Of a stretch of 64,000 nt of DNA, positions 1 through 12,068 are shown one piece after another; the stretch's first letter is position 1; every line of letters begins with the position of its first letter. This DNA is from Camelus dromedarius. Lineage: Eukaryota. A program made the translations under genes and the position numbers. The notes under the pieces were generated by a model, which saw only the letters and a program-made list of their open reading frames with translations, was not told the origin of the DNA and ran no database searches. The stretch spans positions 80,292,001-80,356,000 of the forward strand of contig NC_087436.1 of NCBI RefSeq assembly GCF_036321535.1. The letters are read 5' to 3'.

Positions 1-233
1 TCAGGTTGGCTCATCAGTTACCATGGAAACTAGCAGAGGGGCATGCCCCTCATTGCCCTTTTGATGAGTTATCGTAGTGGAGATGTTCTGCTCTAAAGGT
101 TAGAAGGATCACCAGCTGGTGTGGGCGCTAGTATGTAGGGCAGTCATGTGAGTAAAGTATAGGTGAAGCAGGCACTGGTCAAGCAGGGCACGTACAGAGA
201 GGAAGAGAACAGCCATCTTGGGTGGCCTGAACA
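1..233 (-). mobile_element. 3' LTR (partial, runs off the left edge) of a class I-like endogenous retrovirus
   Basis: On the minus strand a purine-rich tract (GTAGGGGTGGAGTGAA, 234-249) is followed immediately by TGTTCAGGCCACCCAAGATGG, the PPT/TG junction expected at a 3' LTR start. It lies just downstream of an env TM-like remnant. Confidence 0.65.
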
Positions 234-3200
234 TTCACTCCACCCCTACATACCCTGTACGTCCTTTACAATCTTGGTCCACCCCTCTTCTATGATATCC
301 CTGGGGTCAGGTATGTAAAGGAGCACTGCAGGCAGATACCACAAATACCATACAGACACCAGCAGCTAAGGAGTACCAAGAGAAAGATACCTAGTATGCT
401 GGGAACAGGCATTCACCAGGATGTGGGCATATTTTAGAGCCAAGCACTTACCAGGTCAATGGAGAGGGGGTCAATGTTGGCAGCATCCTGTCCAGTTATA
501 AGGAAGGTAAAGTCACCCCTGATTTTCACAAACCCAGAGCCACCCGCATGGGAGAGGGAAGCCCTGGCTCTTAAACATTCTAGTGGTCTAGCCAGGAGTC
601 AGCAATCACAGTACAGGTCTGCCAACCTGTGTTACGTTGAGTGTCATTAGGGGTGGACCCATTAGCCCTTTCCAAACAAAAAACAGTTAATCCCACTAGT
701 TGAACGTCTGTGTCCAGAAGCCAGCCTGTTGCATTCCACACAGCACAGCCCAGGGAGGCTTGTGGGCAGTCAGCTGTATAGTGATGTTTGCCAATGGGGG
801 TCCTTCTGATGTATTGGCATGTGGGACAGGAAGATGGTGAGTCTTTTTCCCTCATTGTCAGTCATCCCCACATAGTCACATTAGCCTGGTTAATTTTTCA
901 TGGAAGTCCAGAGGAGGATGACAGTGGCATCTCACTGTAGACCCAGCTATTAGACGCATTTTGCAGTGAGGCCATTGTTACTTCCCAGTCCTTAAATAAA
1001 CTTCCTTCACTCAAGCTAGGGATGAAATGTAAGCCATGTAACAGGCACAACACAGGGGAGATCATGACCATGAAGCGAAACACAAGAAGCATTCTGAGAT
1101 AACACTATTCCTGCCTGTGGTTTTTGTCCTGGTCTACAAGACAGCTCAGATAATTCAAGTTTTAGTAATACAGGAACATGTCCAAATCACATCCACTATG
1201 GCCACCCAGCTTTTTCTGGGATGTCTGAACCATAATTACTCCATTTTGACTTTCAAATGCCTTCCCCTCCACAATAGCCAAACAGGTATACAATGCATGT
1301 TTGATAGGCCACATAACAGGCCACTCTGGTCAGTAAAGTTTAAGTTAAACCATGTATAAGCCAGAATGATTTTCTCATACCTCCACGTGAAGATTTTCCC
1401 ATCATTTTCCCTTTTGATGGCAATTCTTTCAATAAACCAATGTAAGGGTCCTTCCTGCTCTGGGTATCTCCTTTATATGTGCCTAGTTACCAGTGTTGGG
1501 GGAAAATTGATCAGATACTGTGCACAAGCTCAGAGGTCCATTGATGAGGAGACATTTGGGAAGCTATGCATTTTATCAGTTATACCAAGTTGTTACACAG
1601 GCATTGTACATGTGCTTTTAGCAGCAGAGGTAAAGCAGGCACTGTCACACATCATGAGGAGTTATACTCTGTGACAACTCCGTTAGATAATTTCCTTTCT
1701 ATCCTGAACATCAGGGCAAAAGTGTGGCTAAAATAATAAGTTTCAAAAATACAGACCTCAACTAGCAGAACTAGAATTTAATATCCACTGAAGCATAATA
1801 TTTTTCTCTCTAAAATTACCCTCCTCTCCCCCAAACACAGCCAAATCAAGACTAATTTGTTTGCAAAATAAGTCTGGTCAATTGACCACACAGGCTTCTC
1901 CAAACCGGCTGCGGTGGAACTCTTCAGAAGGAGTCTCAGACTGAATTCCCAAAAGGCCCCTCATGACCAGGAAAACCATGCCAAAGGCCTGCCATCAGGT
2001 TCTGCCTCAGTGCATTTCTCTTTTTCTAGAAGTCCCCCAAATATTAAGATTCCTGCACATGCCAAGAGACAATCTTCCCCATTCACCTGACGAGGCTGCC
2101 CAGAACCCAAGTGTCTCCTATTTCTGGAGGGACCAGGCAGAGAGAAAAGAAAAATGTTTTAGTTCTACCCATGGGTGTATTTACCAAATTGCTATAAGTC
2201 ATAATTAATTTTAGGGGAAGAGCTTCCCTATATCTGGAAAACACAGATCAAAACCAGTAATATTCCAGACAAAAACCATAAAAATTATAGCCATATTCAC
2301 CTTACTTAGTGACCAATCCTTTTGTTAACTTTTTGTGAAGCCAACACGTTTTCCCTTAGGATTCTTTAATTTCTTACCCAGTTCACCAGTATGATCTGAA
2401 ATTTTCAGAGACCTACACTTGCCAAAATTCCTGCCTATGAATCTTCTTGAAGATGAAACACTTTTTGCAAAAGCATCAGAATATAACAATAACTGTGTAT
2501 AAAAGGCAAAAAGACTTAAAAAGCCATGGTTAAACACCTGATCACAATGTAATCATTAAGGAATTTAGTTACAATAACTAGATTTATGACTGATTATAAT
2601 CTTAACCCTTAAAAAACTTAATATTTGGCAAAAACCAAGAAGCAAGTAATTTTGTACTGTTTATCATACCAGCATTTCCTGATTAAAAAAAAAAACAAAA
2701 AAACATATGCTTTAGTCTTCCTTCCTCTCCTAAGAAGGCAACGTTGGGTAAACTTAGATCCACCCAGCAATTAATGTTCCAGTATTTTATCCTATTTGAA
2801 ATGGCCCAGTGAATTCTCTTCATTTAACTTAGTTTAGTTTCAAGGCACCAAAATCTGAAAAGACTATTTTAGATAAACATTTCCAAAGCACAATTAATTA
2901 TTCCTATAGGGTTTTAAAAGTCCTTTTTTTTTCTTCACTCTTAGAGATCATATATGATTAGGTTAAAGTTCCAGAAAGTCCAGGTAGACCATTTACATCT
3001 CAAAGGCACAAGAAGAGAAATATTAATGTCTTCTAGAAAGCTAAATTCCTCTAACAGCATATGCAAAAACCAATTTAAGAATGCCAAAAGATTCCCATCT
3101 TGGCCATTTTCAGGCATTTTTTTTTTCCAGTTTCTAAATAGTCAATTCAGTTTAAACAAATACCAGTAATAGACAATAAGACATGTCATCCACTCACCTT

Positions 3201-4050
3201 CACATGCCTCACTTTCAGAGGAACCTGAATCAGTATTCAAGTTACTAGGACCCCCTAATAAGGGTCAAAACCAGGGAGAGAGAACAGGATTTGGACTTAT
3301 ATATGGAGGCACTCAAGCACACACTCAAGATAAAAGCCAAGCCAATTACAAAAGTCTCACTTTGATACAATAGCAGGACCATTGGGGGTCATTGTTCTCC
3401 AGATCTCTTGGTGGTCCCCATTCATCAAGGACAGCCACCACAGGGCCCCATGCACTAGTGGACGGCCACCCTGAGATTTCCCCTGCAACATTCAGGATCA
3501 CCCCCTGGAACTTTTGTGCCCCACATGCTAGTGGACAACTATTTTCTCGGCTTAAGATTTAGAGTGGCATCATGATGCCTCCAGGCAACCAATTCTATAG
3601 AGGTTAGCTCTCACTTTTTTGATCTCTGTATCTTGTAAGTGCCCAAGGCGTTGTCTTCTTTTGGTAATTCAGGCTTTTGTGTAAGGTTACAGTTCCATGA
3701 CCTTCTCCCTGGAGAACAACTCAGAAATCAAGTTTGATTGTTACTTTTGATTACTGGAATAAAGCGGAAACAGTAAAATTAATAGCTTTATTTTAACATC
3801 GGGCCTGGAGCTGTGAGTAGCAACCAGTCAGTCAGGTTAGTTGAACATTATAAGGGTAAGCATAAGAATAAGCAATCTATTAGCCTAAATGTGGCCATTT
3901 TATTAATTCTCCATCAGAGCCACAGAGATATCAGTGGTTTAATGGATGGGGGACCTTACACGTCTGGAGTAAGATTCTGGAGTAACACCCCACCACGTGC
4001 AGCAGACATCAGGGAGGACATGGTGGCAGTCTTCGCCCAACTTTCATTAT
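234..4050 (-). mobile_element. Decayed non-autonomous ERV internal region (ERV1/MER4-group-like) with env remnants
   Basis: Minus-strand translation at 898-1092 gives ...SLQNASNSWVYSEMPLSSSSGLP, resembling the env SU 'N.SNCWVCG.LPLSS.SGLPW' motif. About 320-410 gives SILGIFLLVLLSCWCLYGICGICLQCS, a TM helix with a Cys-rich tail. The AT-rich 1700-3200 segment resembles MER4-group internal sequence. The right boundary is uncertain. Confidence 0.65.
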
Positions 4051-4254
4051 AACTCTTTTTTAACCACAGAACTCAAAACTTACATAATTTCTAGATTTTT
4101 CTGAAGCACTATTTTGAAGCCAGACTTTTCTCTGTCCTCCCCACCATACTTGGTCTTTCTCTCTGTTTTTTATATGCCTTGTTTTGCTGCTATCCTAGCT
4201 GCAGGCTTCATTTACCTACCGTGAAACTCATCATTTTCAATGGCCCCGTTCCTT

Positions 4255-5080
4255 CACTTAACACATATATACTGAGCATGTGCTATGGAGCCAGGGGCTG
4301 TGTCAGATGCTAAGAATACAGTGGTGAGTGGAAGAAAGACAGTGCCTGTGATCCTGGAGTTTACAGTCAGGGGTGGAAGTCAGTTGTTAAAAAATAATAA
4401 TCTCTGAATAAATAGAGGATTCCGTGCCGTGATAAATGCCTTGAAGGGACAAGTCAGGCTGGACTGAGAGCTGATCCCCCTAGTTTAGGGGGCCAGGAGA
4501 CTGTGCTCTCCTGAGGAGACGTTTTTGAGTGAAAGTCTTAATCCTAGGTAGGAGTTAACCAGGCGAAGTGAGGAGCTGAGAGCAGTCCAGCTAGGAGGAA
4601 TAGTTGGTGTGAAAGCCCAGAGGCATGAAGGAGCTTGCTGCACTTGATCAGAAAGGAGGCTGGTGTGGTTTGGAGGATAATGAGGAAAGAGAGCTAGAGA
4701 GGCAGGTGAAGCAGGATCCTGCACAGCTTTTATATCTCCAGGAGTGTCTTGGTCTTTATCTTCAGTTAACAACTGAGAAACCACTGAAGGCGTTTAAGCA
4801 GGGGAATGACAATATTTGTGGTTTTAAAATATCCCTTAGGCTGCAGTGTCACAAATGATTTGGAGGGAGCAAGAGTGAAGCAGAGGGACTGTTGAGGCCT
4901 AAATCGACCAGATATGAAGGTATCTTGGGCTATGATGGTGGCCCTAAATGGGAGGTACGGGAGACTTGATGCATTTTTCAGGAGGTACATACAGTACTAC
5001 TGAACGGTGACCGATTGCACTTGGGGGCAATGAGGAAGAAGGAGGTGTCCAGGCATAGAGTCTCAGTATAGTCAACTGGA
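4255..5080 (-). mobile_element. L2 (LINE2) 3' fragment
   Basis: Starts with the reverse complement of the L2 3' end (actgagcatgtgctatggagccagg...gatgctaagaatacagtggtgag...ggagtttacagtc) followed by typical purine-rich L2 body. Confidence 0.7.
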
Positions 5081-5164
5081 GAATAGAATCTGGCAAGGGG
5101 TCTATGTAGGTAAATATACCAATAATTTGAGTGTCAAACATGTGTGAAGCGTTTTCCCAAATAT

Positions 5165-5530
5165 TCTGCAACTTTGAAAAGTAGGTATCATTATCTCTAT
5201 TTCTTAAGAAAAGAAACTGAGGCTCAAGAGTTTTTGTGCTATCCAGGATGGTAGCCACTAGCCACATGTGCCTAGTTATTTTTTAATTAAATTCAACAAG
5301 ACTAAAAATCAAGTTTTTCATCCATACTAGTCCCACTGCAAGTACTCAGTAGTCATATGTGGCTGGTAGCTACTCCACTGGACAGTGCCAAATTATAGAA
5401 TATTTCCATTATCGCAGAAGTGCCATTGGACAGCCTGGTCTAAGTAACTCCACCTGATCCCACTGCTCGTTAAGTCATGGAGCAGTGGTTTGAGAGCAGA
5501 TTTGTTTGACTGCAAAGCCTACTCTTTCTA
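5165..5530 (-). mobile_element. MIR SINE interrupted by a MER3
   Basis: MIR core (attatctctatttctt...gaaactgaggctcaagag) stops near 5232 and resumes near 5440 (taagtaactc...tgactgcaaagcc). Confidence 0.6.
5235..5437 (-). mobile_element. MER3-like hAT-Charlie MITE
   Basis: Contains ggtagccactagccacatgtg and atatgtggctggtagctac inverted arms, and ends with tatagaatatttccattatcgcagaagt...attggacagc. Confidence 0.75.
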
Positions 5531-5739
5531 TCAGCAGGAGAATGAGCACCCAGAGTGCTGTCTGATTCTGAGCTGAAGGTATCTTAGACAAGGACTCACT
5601 GAGGATGCCCTGACCAGGCTGGAACCGATCTGAGAACACAAATAAATGAGCTTTAAGGAGCCAAGCAGGAACCTCTGGTTGAAATAGGAACTGATGTTGT
5701 AGGAGACAAGCAATGACTAACTTGTTGACTTGGTCCACC

Positions 5740-5856
5740 CATAGTGAGCATATAATTCATTGTCTACTTTTGAGAGTGAAAGGGAGCTGTAGTAATACTT
5801 ACACCAGACAACAGGCAAAAAGCAGGACTGTGCTGAGCACACCTGGTCACCCTGAT
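5740..5856. mobile_element. MER94/MER81-like hAT-Blackjack MITE
   Basis: acttttgagagtgaaaggg...gacaacaggc...ggactgt...tggtcaccct matches the recalled consensus. Confidence 0.55.
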
Positions 5857-6221
5857 GATCAGGCACCATGTGTGGTGTGAGTATGCCAAAGTCCTTTTAA
5901 ATTTACCTTCATTTTTTGCAGTTCTTATGTAATTATTCTTTAATTATTCTAAAAGACTGTAAGAAAATTGAAAACACCTCAGTTCTTCATCGTTCAATGA
6001 ACAATGTAACTTTATAAGTTAAAGGTATGAGTCTTTTTTACATCACTTACCCAAACAAAAATACCGTCATAAAGTGACCAAGAAAATCTGCCACCGATAA
6101 ATGATGTTACATTGAGAAGAAAACGCAACTATGAACTTTACTCGGCAATATCACTTGTTTGCTGAGTGTTCTTGGAAAACAACACTCAACTTTTCGATAT
6201 ATTTGTCTCCTCACCTGTAAA

Positions 6222-6644
6222 ATTAATTTCCTGTTGCCACATGACAAATTACCCTAAAACTAAGAGGCAGCCTAGCTGGGCAGATGCAGCCCATGGCCTC
6301 TCAGGAGGCTGCAAAGTGTCAGCTGCTGCAGTCATCTGAAGCTTCGCGGGGCTGGAGGCTCTCCTTCCAGCAGGTGACTTCAGTTCCCCGCTCCACGGGG
6401 CTCTCTGTATGGTTGCTCTTAACATAGCACTGGCTTCCCCCAGAGCAAAGGATCCAAGAATAAACAGAGAGAGCCACCAAGATGGAAGCCACTATACCTT
6501 TTATAATCCAGTCTTGGAGGTGATAAATATCACTTCTGCCACCTACTATTGGTCACATAGAACACTTGGCACAATGTGGTAGAGAACCATACAAGGGGGT
6601 GAATTCTGAGAAGATTGGGTGCCACTTTGAAGACTGGCTACTAC
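6222..6644 (-). mobile_element. MLT1-family (MaLR) solo LTR
   Basis: Motifs acaaattaccctaaaact, gcagtcatctgaag, ggcttcccccagagc and cacttctgccacctactattggtcac, ending in ggctactaca. Confidence 0.7.
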
Positions 6645-7819
6645 AGCTGCAAGCTGTTTTGTTTGGCCTTGTATTTTGTCTCAAAAGTATAACAAAAGAA
6701 AGAGAATTACCAGATGATTGATTAGTGAATTCCAGATAGAGACAGATGTTTTCATTAAGAGTCTTGATTATACATTGCATTATGCTGCTGAAATCCTAGA
6801 GAAGGAAGACATTGCATGAGAACAAACTGCCCCTGCCACTCAGTTACGAATCATAGTTTGGGGAATGACGTGGGGATGTGAGAACAAAAGAAAAGAAGAA
6901 AAAGCAATAGGTACTGCTTGGACACATTCCATTTGGTTGAAAAGTTAACTATAAACAAGATGCCAAAGAGCGTCATTGAAGGCTGGACATATCTCCTTTA
7001 GAGGTGCCTCTTTTTGAGTGAACACTCACCAAGAATCACAGAGCTGAACAGGATCTGGAAGACAATCTAGTGCTAGTCCAACCCGTGGACTTCAGATCCA
7101 GGGAGTTTACGAAGCTTGTACGTAACTGGTTCTAGCAAAGGCAGGCAGACAGCATCACCTCCTAATTCCCAGTCCAGAGTTCCTGCACCTCACACCAGCA
7201 CCGCAAACTTGACCCACTGACTTCCTGTTGCTTCAGTGTTTATCTACAAAATGGAGATAATATTAAAACCTACCTTGTTAAGGTTGTTCTGAGGATGAAA
7301 ATAGTCAAGGCATATAAGTTAACATTTTTAAAAATGCTTCTTCTGATTATATTATCCACCATCACAAATGTAAAAAGAGAAAACAGGGTCCTTCTTTAAC
7401 AAAGTGTTTGGCAAAGCTTATTCCTAAGCCTGGTGTCCGCTCCTCTGTAGGAACAATTGAGAAGGACCTTACCTGGGTCAGTCAGGGGAGTGGAGGCTTA
7501 AGGAGAGGGTTAAGATCAAGCCAGAAAATTAAGTCCAATGCAAGTGTCCCGTGGCTGAAAAGGAGTCTACGAGAATATCAGGAGAAGAAAACCAGATTCA
7601 GGTGGGCAAACGCAAGATCATTTTGTGTTCATCCCTGAGGTGGAATAGTACTCTCTGGGACAGTTGTTGCATATTCCTCATTCATGCTTTCGTGGGAAAG
7701 CCAGGTTTTTACATTTTTTAAAATTTTATTCTATTTGTATTCTTTTTATTTTTACATAGGTAAGTGTTACGTGGCAAGATATTAATTTTAATTTTTAGTC
7801 ATGATTTGAAAAAGTGGTT

Positions 7820-8232
7820 TCTGAACGTAGCTATATGATTTTCTAGAAAAGGTGAAACTATGAAGGTGGTAAAAAGAGCAGTGATTTTCAGGGGTTAGTG
7901 GGCAGAGAGGCTTGAGTTGGGAGACACAGTGAACTTTTAGGGAGGTGAAATTATTCTGTATGATAGTATAATGATGGATACATGTCATTATACGTTTGTC
8001 CAAACTCAGAATGCACATCAAGAGTGAACCTTAATGTAAACTATGAACTTTGGATGATAATGATGTCAGTGTGGGCTCATTGATTGTAACTACTCTGATG
8101 TGGGATGTTGATTTTGAGAGAGGCTGGGGGTGGAGGGAAGGGAAACAAGAAATATATGGGAACTCTCTGTACCGTCTGCTCAATTTTATTATGCTCCAAA
8201 TCTGCTCTGAAAAATAAGGTCTATTTTTTAAG
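7820..8232 (+). mobile_element. Old L1 (L1MC-like) 3' end
   Basis: ggatacatgtcattatacgtttgtccaaac, gtgaaccttaatgtaaactatgaactttgg and atatatgggaactctctgtac are characteristic L1MC 3' UTR motifs. Confidence 0.7.
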
Positions 8233-8644
8233 TTATTTTTCTCCTTTGAAGGTTTTATTATGAATTTTTTGAAAAATGCAAAGGTGGAAAGAATAGAATA
8301 AATTCATCATGTCAGCTTCAGTAATTATCAACACATAGCCAGTCTTGTTTAATCGATACACCCACTCATTTCCCTCCACTTCCTCCATTATAAGGGTTAT
8401 TTTGAAACAAATCCCATTCATCAAACCATCTCATCAAGCCAGGTTCATTTCAAGTTGCTGAGAAAGACTGAACCAAGCATAGCAGGGACTCATTGTAACA
8501 TGAGATCTCAGAAGTCCTCACCATTTTCCTCATTATGCAATAATCGCTAAAAGTGGAAATTTTGAAATAACCTCAATTCATATTAAGTCATTTAAGCTAA
8601 TTGTGTGAACTAGTTTGACATGACTTATTTTATTGCATCTTGTC

Positions 8645-10112
8645 TTTTTTTAAAATGGAAATATTGTTGATTTACAATATTATATTAGTTACAGGTGTAC
8701 AGTATAGTGATTCAATATTTTTGCAGATTGTACTCCATTATAAATTACTGGAAGACAGTGGCTATAATTCCTTATGCTGTATAATACATTCTTGTTGCTT
8801 ATCTGTTTTATACATAGTAGTTTGTATCTGTTAAACCCACACCCCTAATTTGTCCCTCTCCTGCTCCCTCTCCCGTTTGGTAACCACAATTTTGTTTTCT
8901 ATACCTGTGAGTCTGTTTCTGTTTTGCATATACATTCATTTGTATTAATTTTTTGATTCCACACATGAGTGATATCATACAGTAGTATTTGTCTTTCTCT
9001 GACTTATTTCATTAAGCATAATATTCTTTGCTTCCATCCACATTGCAGCAAATGACAGAATTTCATTCATTTTCATGGCTGAGTAATATTCCCTTGAGTA
9101 TATATATCTCACATCTTCTTTATCCATTTGTCTGTTGATGGAAACTTGGGTTGCTTCCATGTCTTTGCTATTGTAAATAGTGCTGCTATAAACTTTGGGT
9201 TGCATATATCCTTTTGAATTAGAGTTTTTGTTTTCTTGGGAAATGTACCCAGGAATGGAATTGCTGGATCATATGGTAGTTCTATTTTTAATTTTTTGAG
9301 GAACCTCTATACTGCTTTCCAAGGTACCTGCACGAATTTACATTCCCACCAACAATGTACAAAGATTCCCTTTTCTCCACATCCTCACCAACATTTGTTA
9401 TTTGTAGACTTTTTGACGATAGCCATTCTAACAGATGTGATATCTCATTGTTTTGATTTTCATTGCTCTGACAATTAGTGATGTTGAGCATCTTTTTGTG
9501 TGCCTGTTAGCCATCCATATGTCTTCTTTGGAAAAATAGTCTCTTCAGGTCTTCTGACCATTTTTTTTTGATTGGGATGTTTCCTTGATGTTGAGTTACA
9601 TGAGCTGTTTTATATATTTTTATTAATCCCTTATCAGTCATATCATTTGCAATATTTTCTCCCATTCTGTAGGTTGTCTTTTTATATTTTCATTTTGTTG
9701 ATGGTTTCCTTTGCTGTGCAAAAGCTTTTAAGTTTAATTGGCTCCATTTGTTTATTTTTATCTTATTTCTTTTGCCTTAGGAAACGGCCAAAAAAAAAAT
9801 ATTGCTGTGCTTTATGTCAAAGAGTGCTCTGTCTATGTTTTCGTCTAGAAGTGTTATGATTTCAGGTCTTACATTTAGGTCTTTAATCCATTTTCAGTTT
9901 GTTTTTGTATATGGTGTGAAGGAATATTTTAATTTCATTCTTTTTCATGTAGCTGCCCAGTTTTCCCAGCACCACTTGTGGAAGAAACTGTCTTTCTCCA
10001 CTGTATATTTTTGCCTCCTTCATCATAGATTAATTGACCATAAGTGCATGGGTTTATTTCTAGGCTCTCTATTCTGTTCCATTTATCTGTGTGTCTGTTT
10101 TTGTGCAAGTAT
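8645..10112 (-). mobile_element. 5'-truncated L1 (3' UTR and ORF2 C-terminus)
   Basis: T-rich left end, L1 3' UTR, and ORF2 C-terminal remnants on the minus strand (YSREYYSAMKMNEILSFAAMWME). Confidence 0.9.
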
Positions 10113-10609
10113 GTAAGATTTCTTTCTTTTATGTTTAAACATTTTAGGATAGTTTTCCCCTAAATCTACAGTATTTCCATCTTTCCCAATCTCCAAATTT
10201 AATTTTTTCTATACCCTCTAAACAAAATCAATTTGTAAAAATTGGGAAATGTCATGACCACCATACTGACAATGTGAATAATTTACAAAAACTCTTAAAG
10301 GAGAAAAAAACAAAACACTGCAAAATAGTGTCTAAGTTTTCTTATGACCTTTAATATGTTTTAAGAAATAAGTAAAGCCCATGTTTTTATTATCATATTT
10401 TCTTTGGCACCAGGACATCTCTTTATGGGCATGGTTCTCATTTACCACTTAAGTAAGCTATTAAGAGGTATAGCTTGGCCAACAGTCCCAGAATGCTGAA
10501 GTCAGTGACCTGAGCTTCCTTAGGGACTAGCTAAGTAACTTCATATGATATTCTTAAGAAGCATGCTAACAATATAACTTGGTAGATCAGGACAGAGCTG
10601 GAGAGCGTC

Positions 10610-10792
10610 TTTTTTTTTTTCCTTTTTCAGTTTTTTTAGGTAGAATTGTTAGAATTTGACTGCACATATACAATGTATTGCATATAAATAAATGTACACA
10701 ATATACTGCACATTTTTTTTAATTTACATATATTTACTGTTCATTGTTTCTAAGAACATTTAGAGCTTTAGTTTTTTAAAACTTACATAGTT
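10610..10792 (-). mobile_element. ~180-bp poly(A)-tailed element with an L1-like 3' terminus, copy 1
   Basis: Poly(T) at 10610-10620. The reverse complement aligns by eye along its whole length with 62859-63030. Confidence 0.75.
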
Positions 10793-11520
10793 ATCAAAGG
10801 AATAAAGCCAACCACAAAATTGGAATTAAATCAAAAAGCTACATACACCCAACTATTAACAACAAAATTATTTATAATTGCCAAGATATGGAAGCATCCT
10901 AAGTGCATATCAATAGATGAATTGGCAAAGAAGATGCAGCATATATATGTAATGGAATACAACTCACCCATAAGAAAGAAGGATATTTTGCCATTTGAAG
11001 CCCTTCATTCACTTTTTTTTCTACTTCAAAAACTAGAATTTTATAATTGGCATAAACATTTCCATTGCATCAAAAAGAACAAAATATCTAGAAATAAGCT
11101 TAACCAAGGAGGTTAGCTATACTCTGAAAACTGTAAAACATTGATGAAGGAAATTGAAGATGATGCAAAGAAATGGAAAGATACCTTGTGTTCTTGGGTT
11201 GGAAGATTCAACATTATCAAAATGGCTGTAGTACCCAAAGCAATCTACAGATCCAATGCAACCCCTGTCAAAATACCCACAACATTTTTCACAGAACTAG
11301 AACAAACAATTCCAAAATTTATATGGAACCATAAAAGACCCTGAATTGCCAAAGCAATCTTTTGTAGGTCTTTTTTTCCCCTCCTCTTTCTTCTTTTTTG
11401 TTCTCTTTTTTTATGGTTTGATGACTAGAGAAGTCCTTTAACATTTGTTGTAAAGCTAGTTTGATGGTACTGAATTCTTTTAGCTTTTATCTGTGAGGCT
11501 TTTGATTTCTCCATCAATAG
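10793..11520. mobile_element. Mosaic of L1 fragments: ORF2 end (+, ~10793-10997), ORF2 RT-distal part (+, ~11063-11361), ORF1-end region (-, ~11362-11520)
   Basis: Translations LFIIAKIWKHPKCISIDE...YVMEYNSPIRK and [26 protein letters not shown]...[19 protein letters not shown] are L1 ORF2. The last piece resembles 45918-46010 of the long L1. Confidence 0.8.
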
Positions 11521-12068
11521 AGATCCTCTTTTTGATAGATATTATTGCAGATCATATTGTAATAAGGATCTCCATTTAAATGTGGTATAATTAACACCAT
11601 GTTTATCACCACTATCTATCAACACTCACTATAACTAGAGTAAGGGAATTAAAAAGATACAAAGCCAAAAGAATAAATAAAAAGGGAGATGGAAAAAGAA
11701 AAGGAAGGAAGAGGAGATGAGAAAAGAGTAGATGAAACTTCAACAAAATTTTGGAAACTAGCAAGTAGATAGATAAATAATAACTGATATAGAAAGCTGA
11801 GATTGAATTGTCACTGGGAGAAAAGCCAGTAAGAAGTCAGTTATTTCCCACTACAAGGCACCTCTACCTCTTACTGCTGCCACTAAAAAGTTATAGAAGC
11901 ACCAGGCCCATCTGCAAGTGGATGTTAGGATTAGGGCTAAAAACTGAAGGACTGATTGCGATTTGATATAAGGAGAAAATATACTAATTATAAGGAGGCT
12001 AGTTTCCCACTCTGGTGGAAGACAGTTGATTCTCTTTGAACCATGGCGTCCCGTGAATCTGGAGGCAT

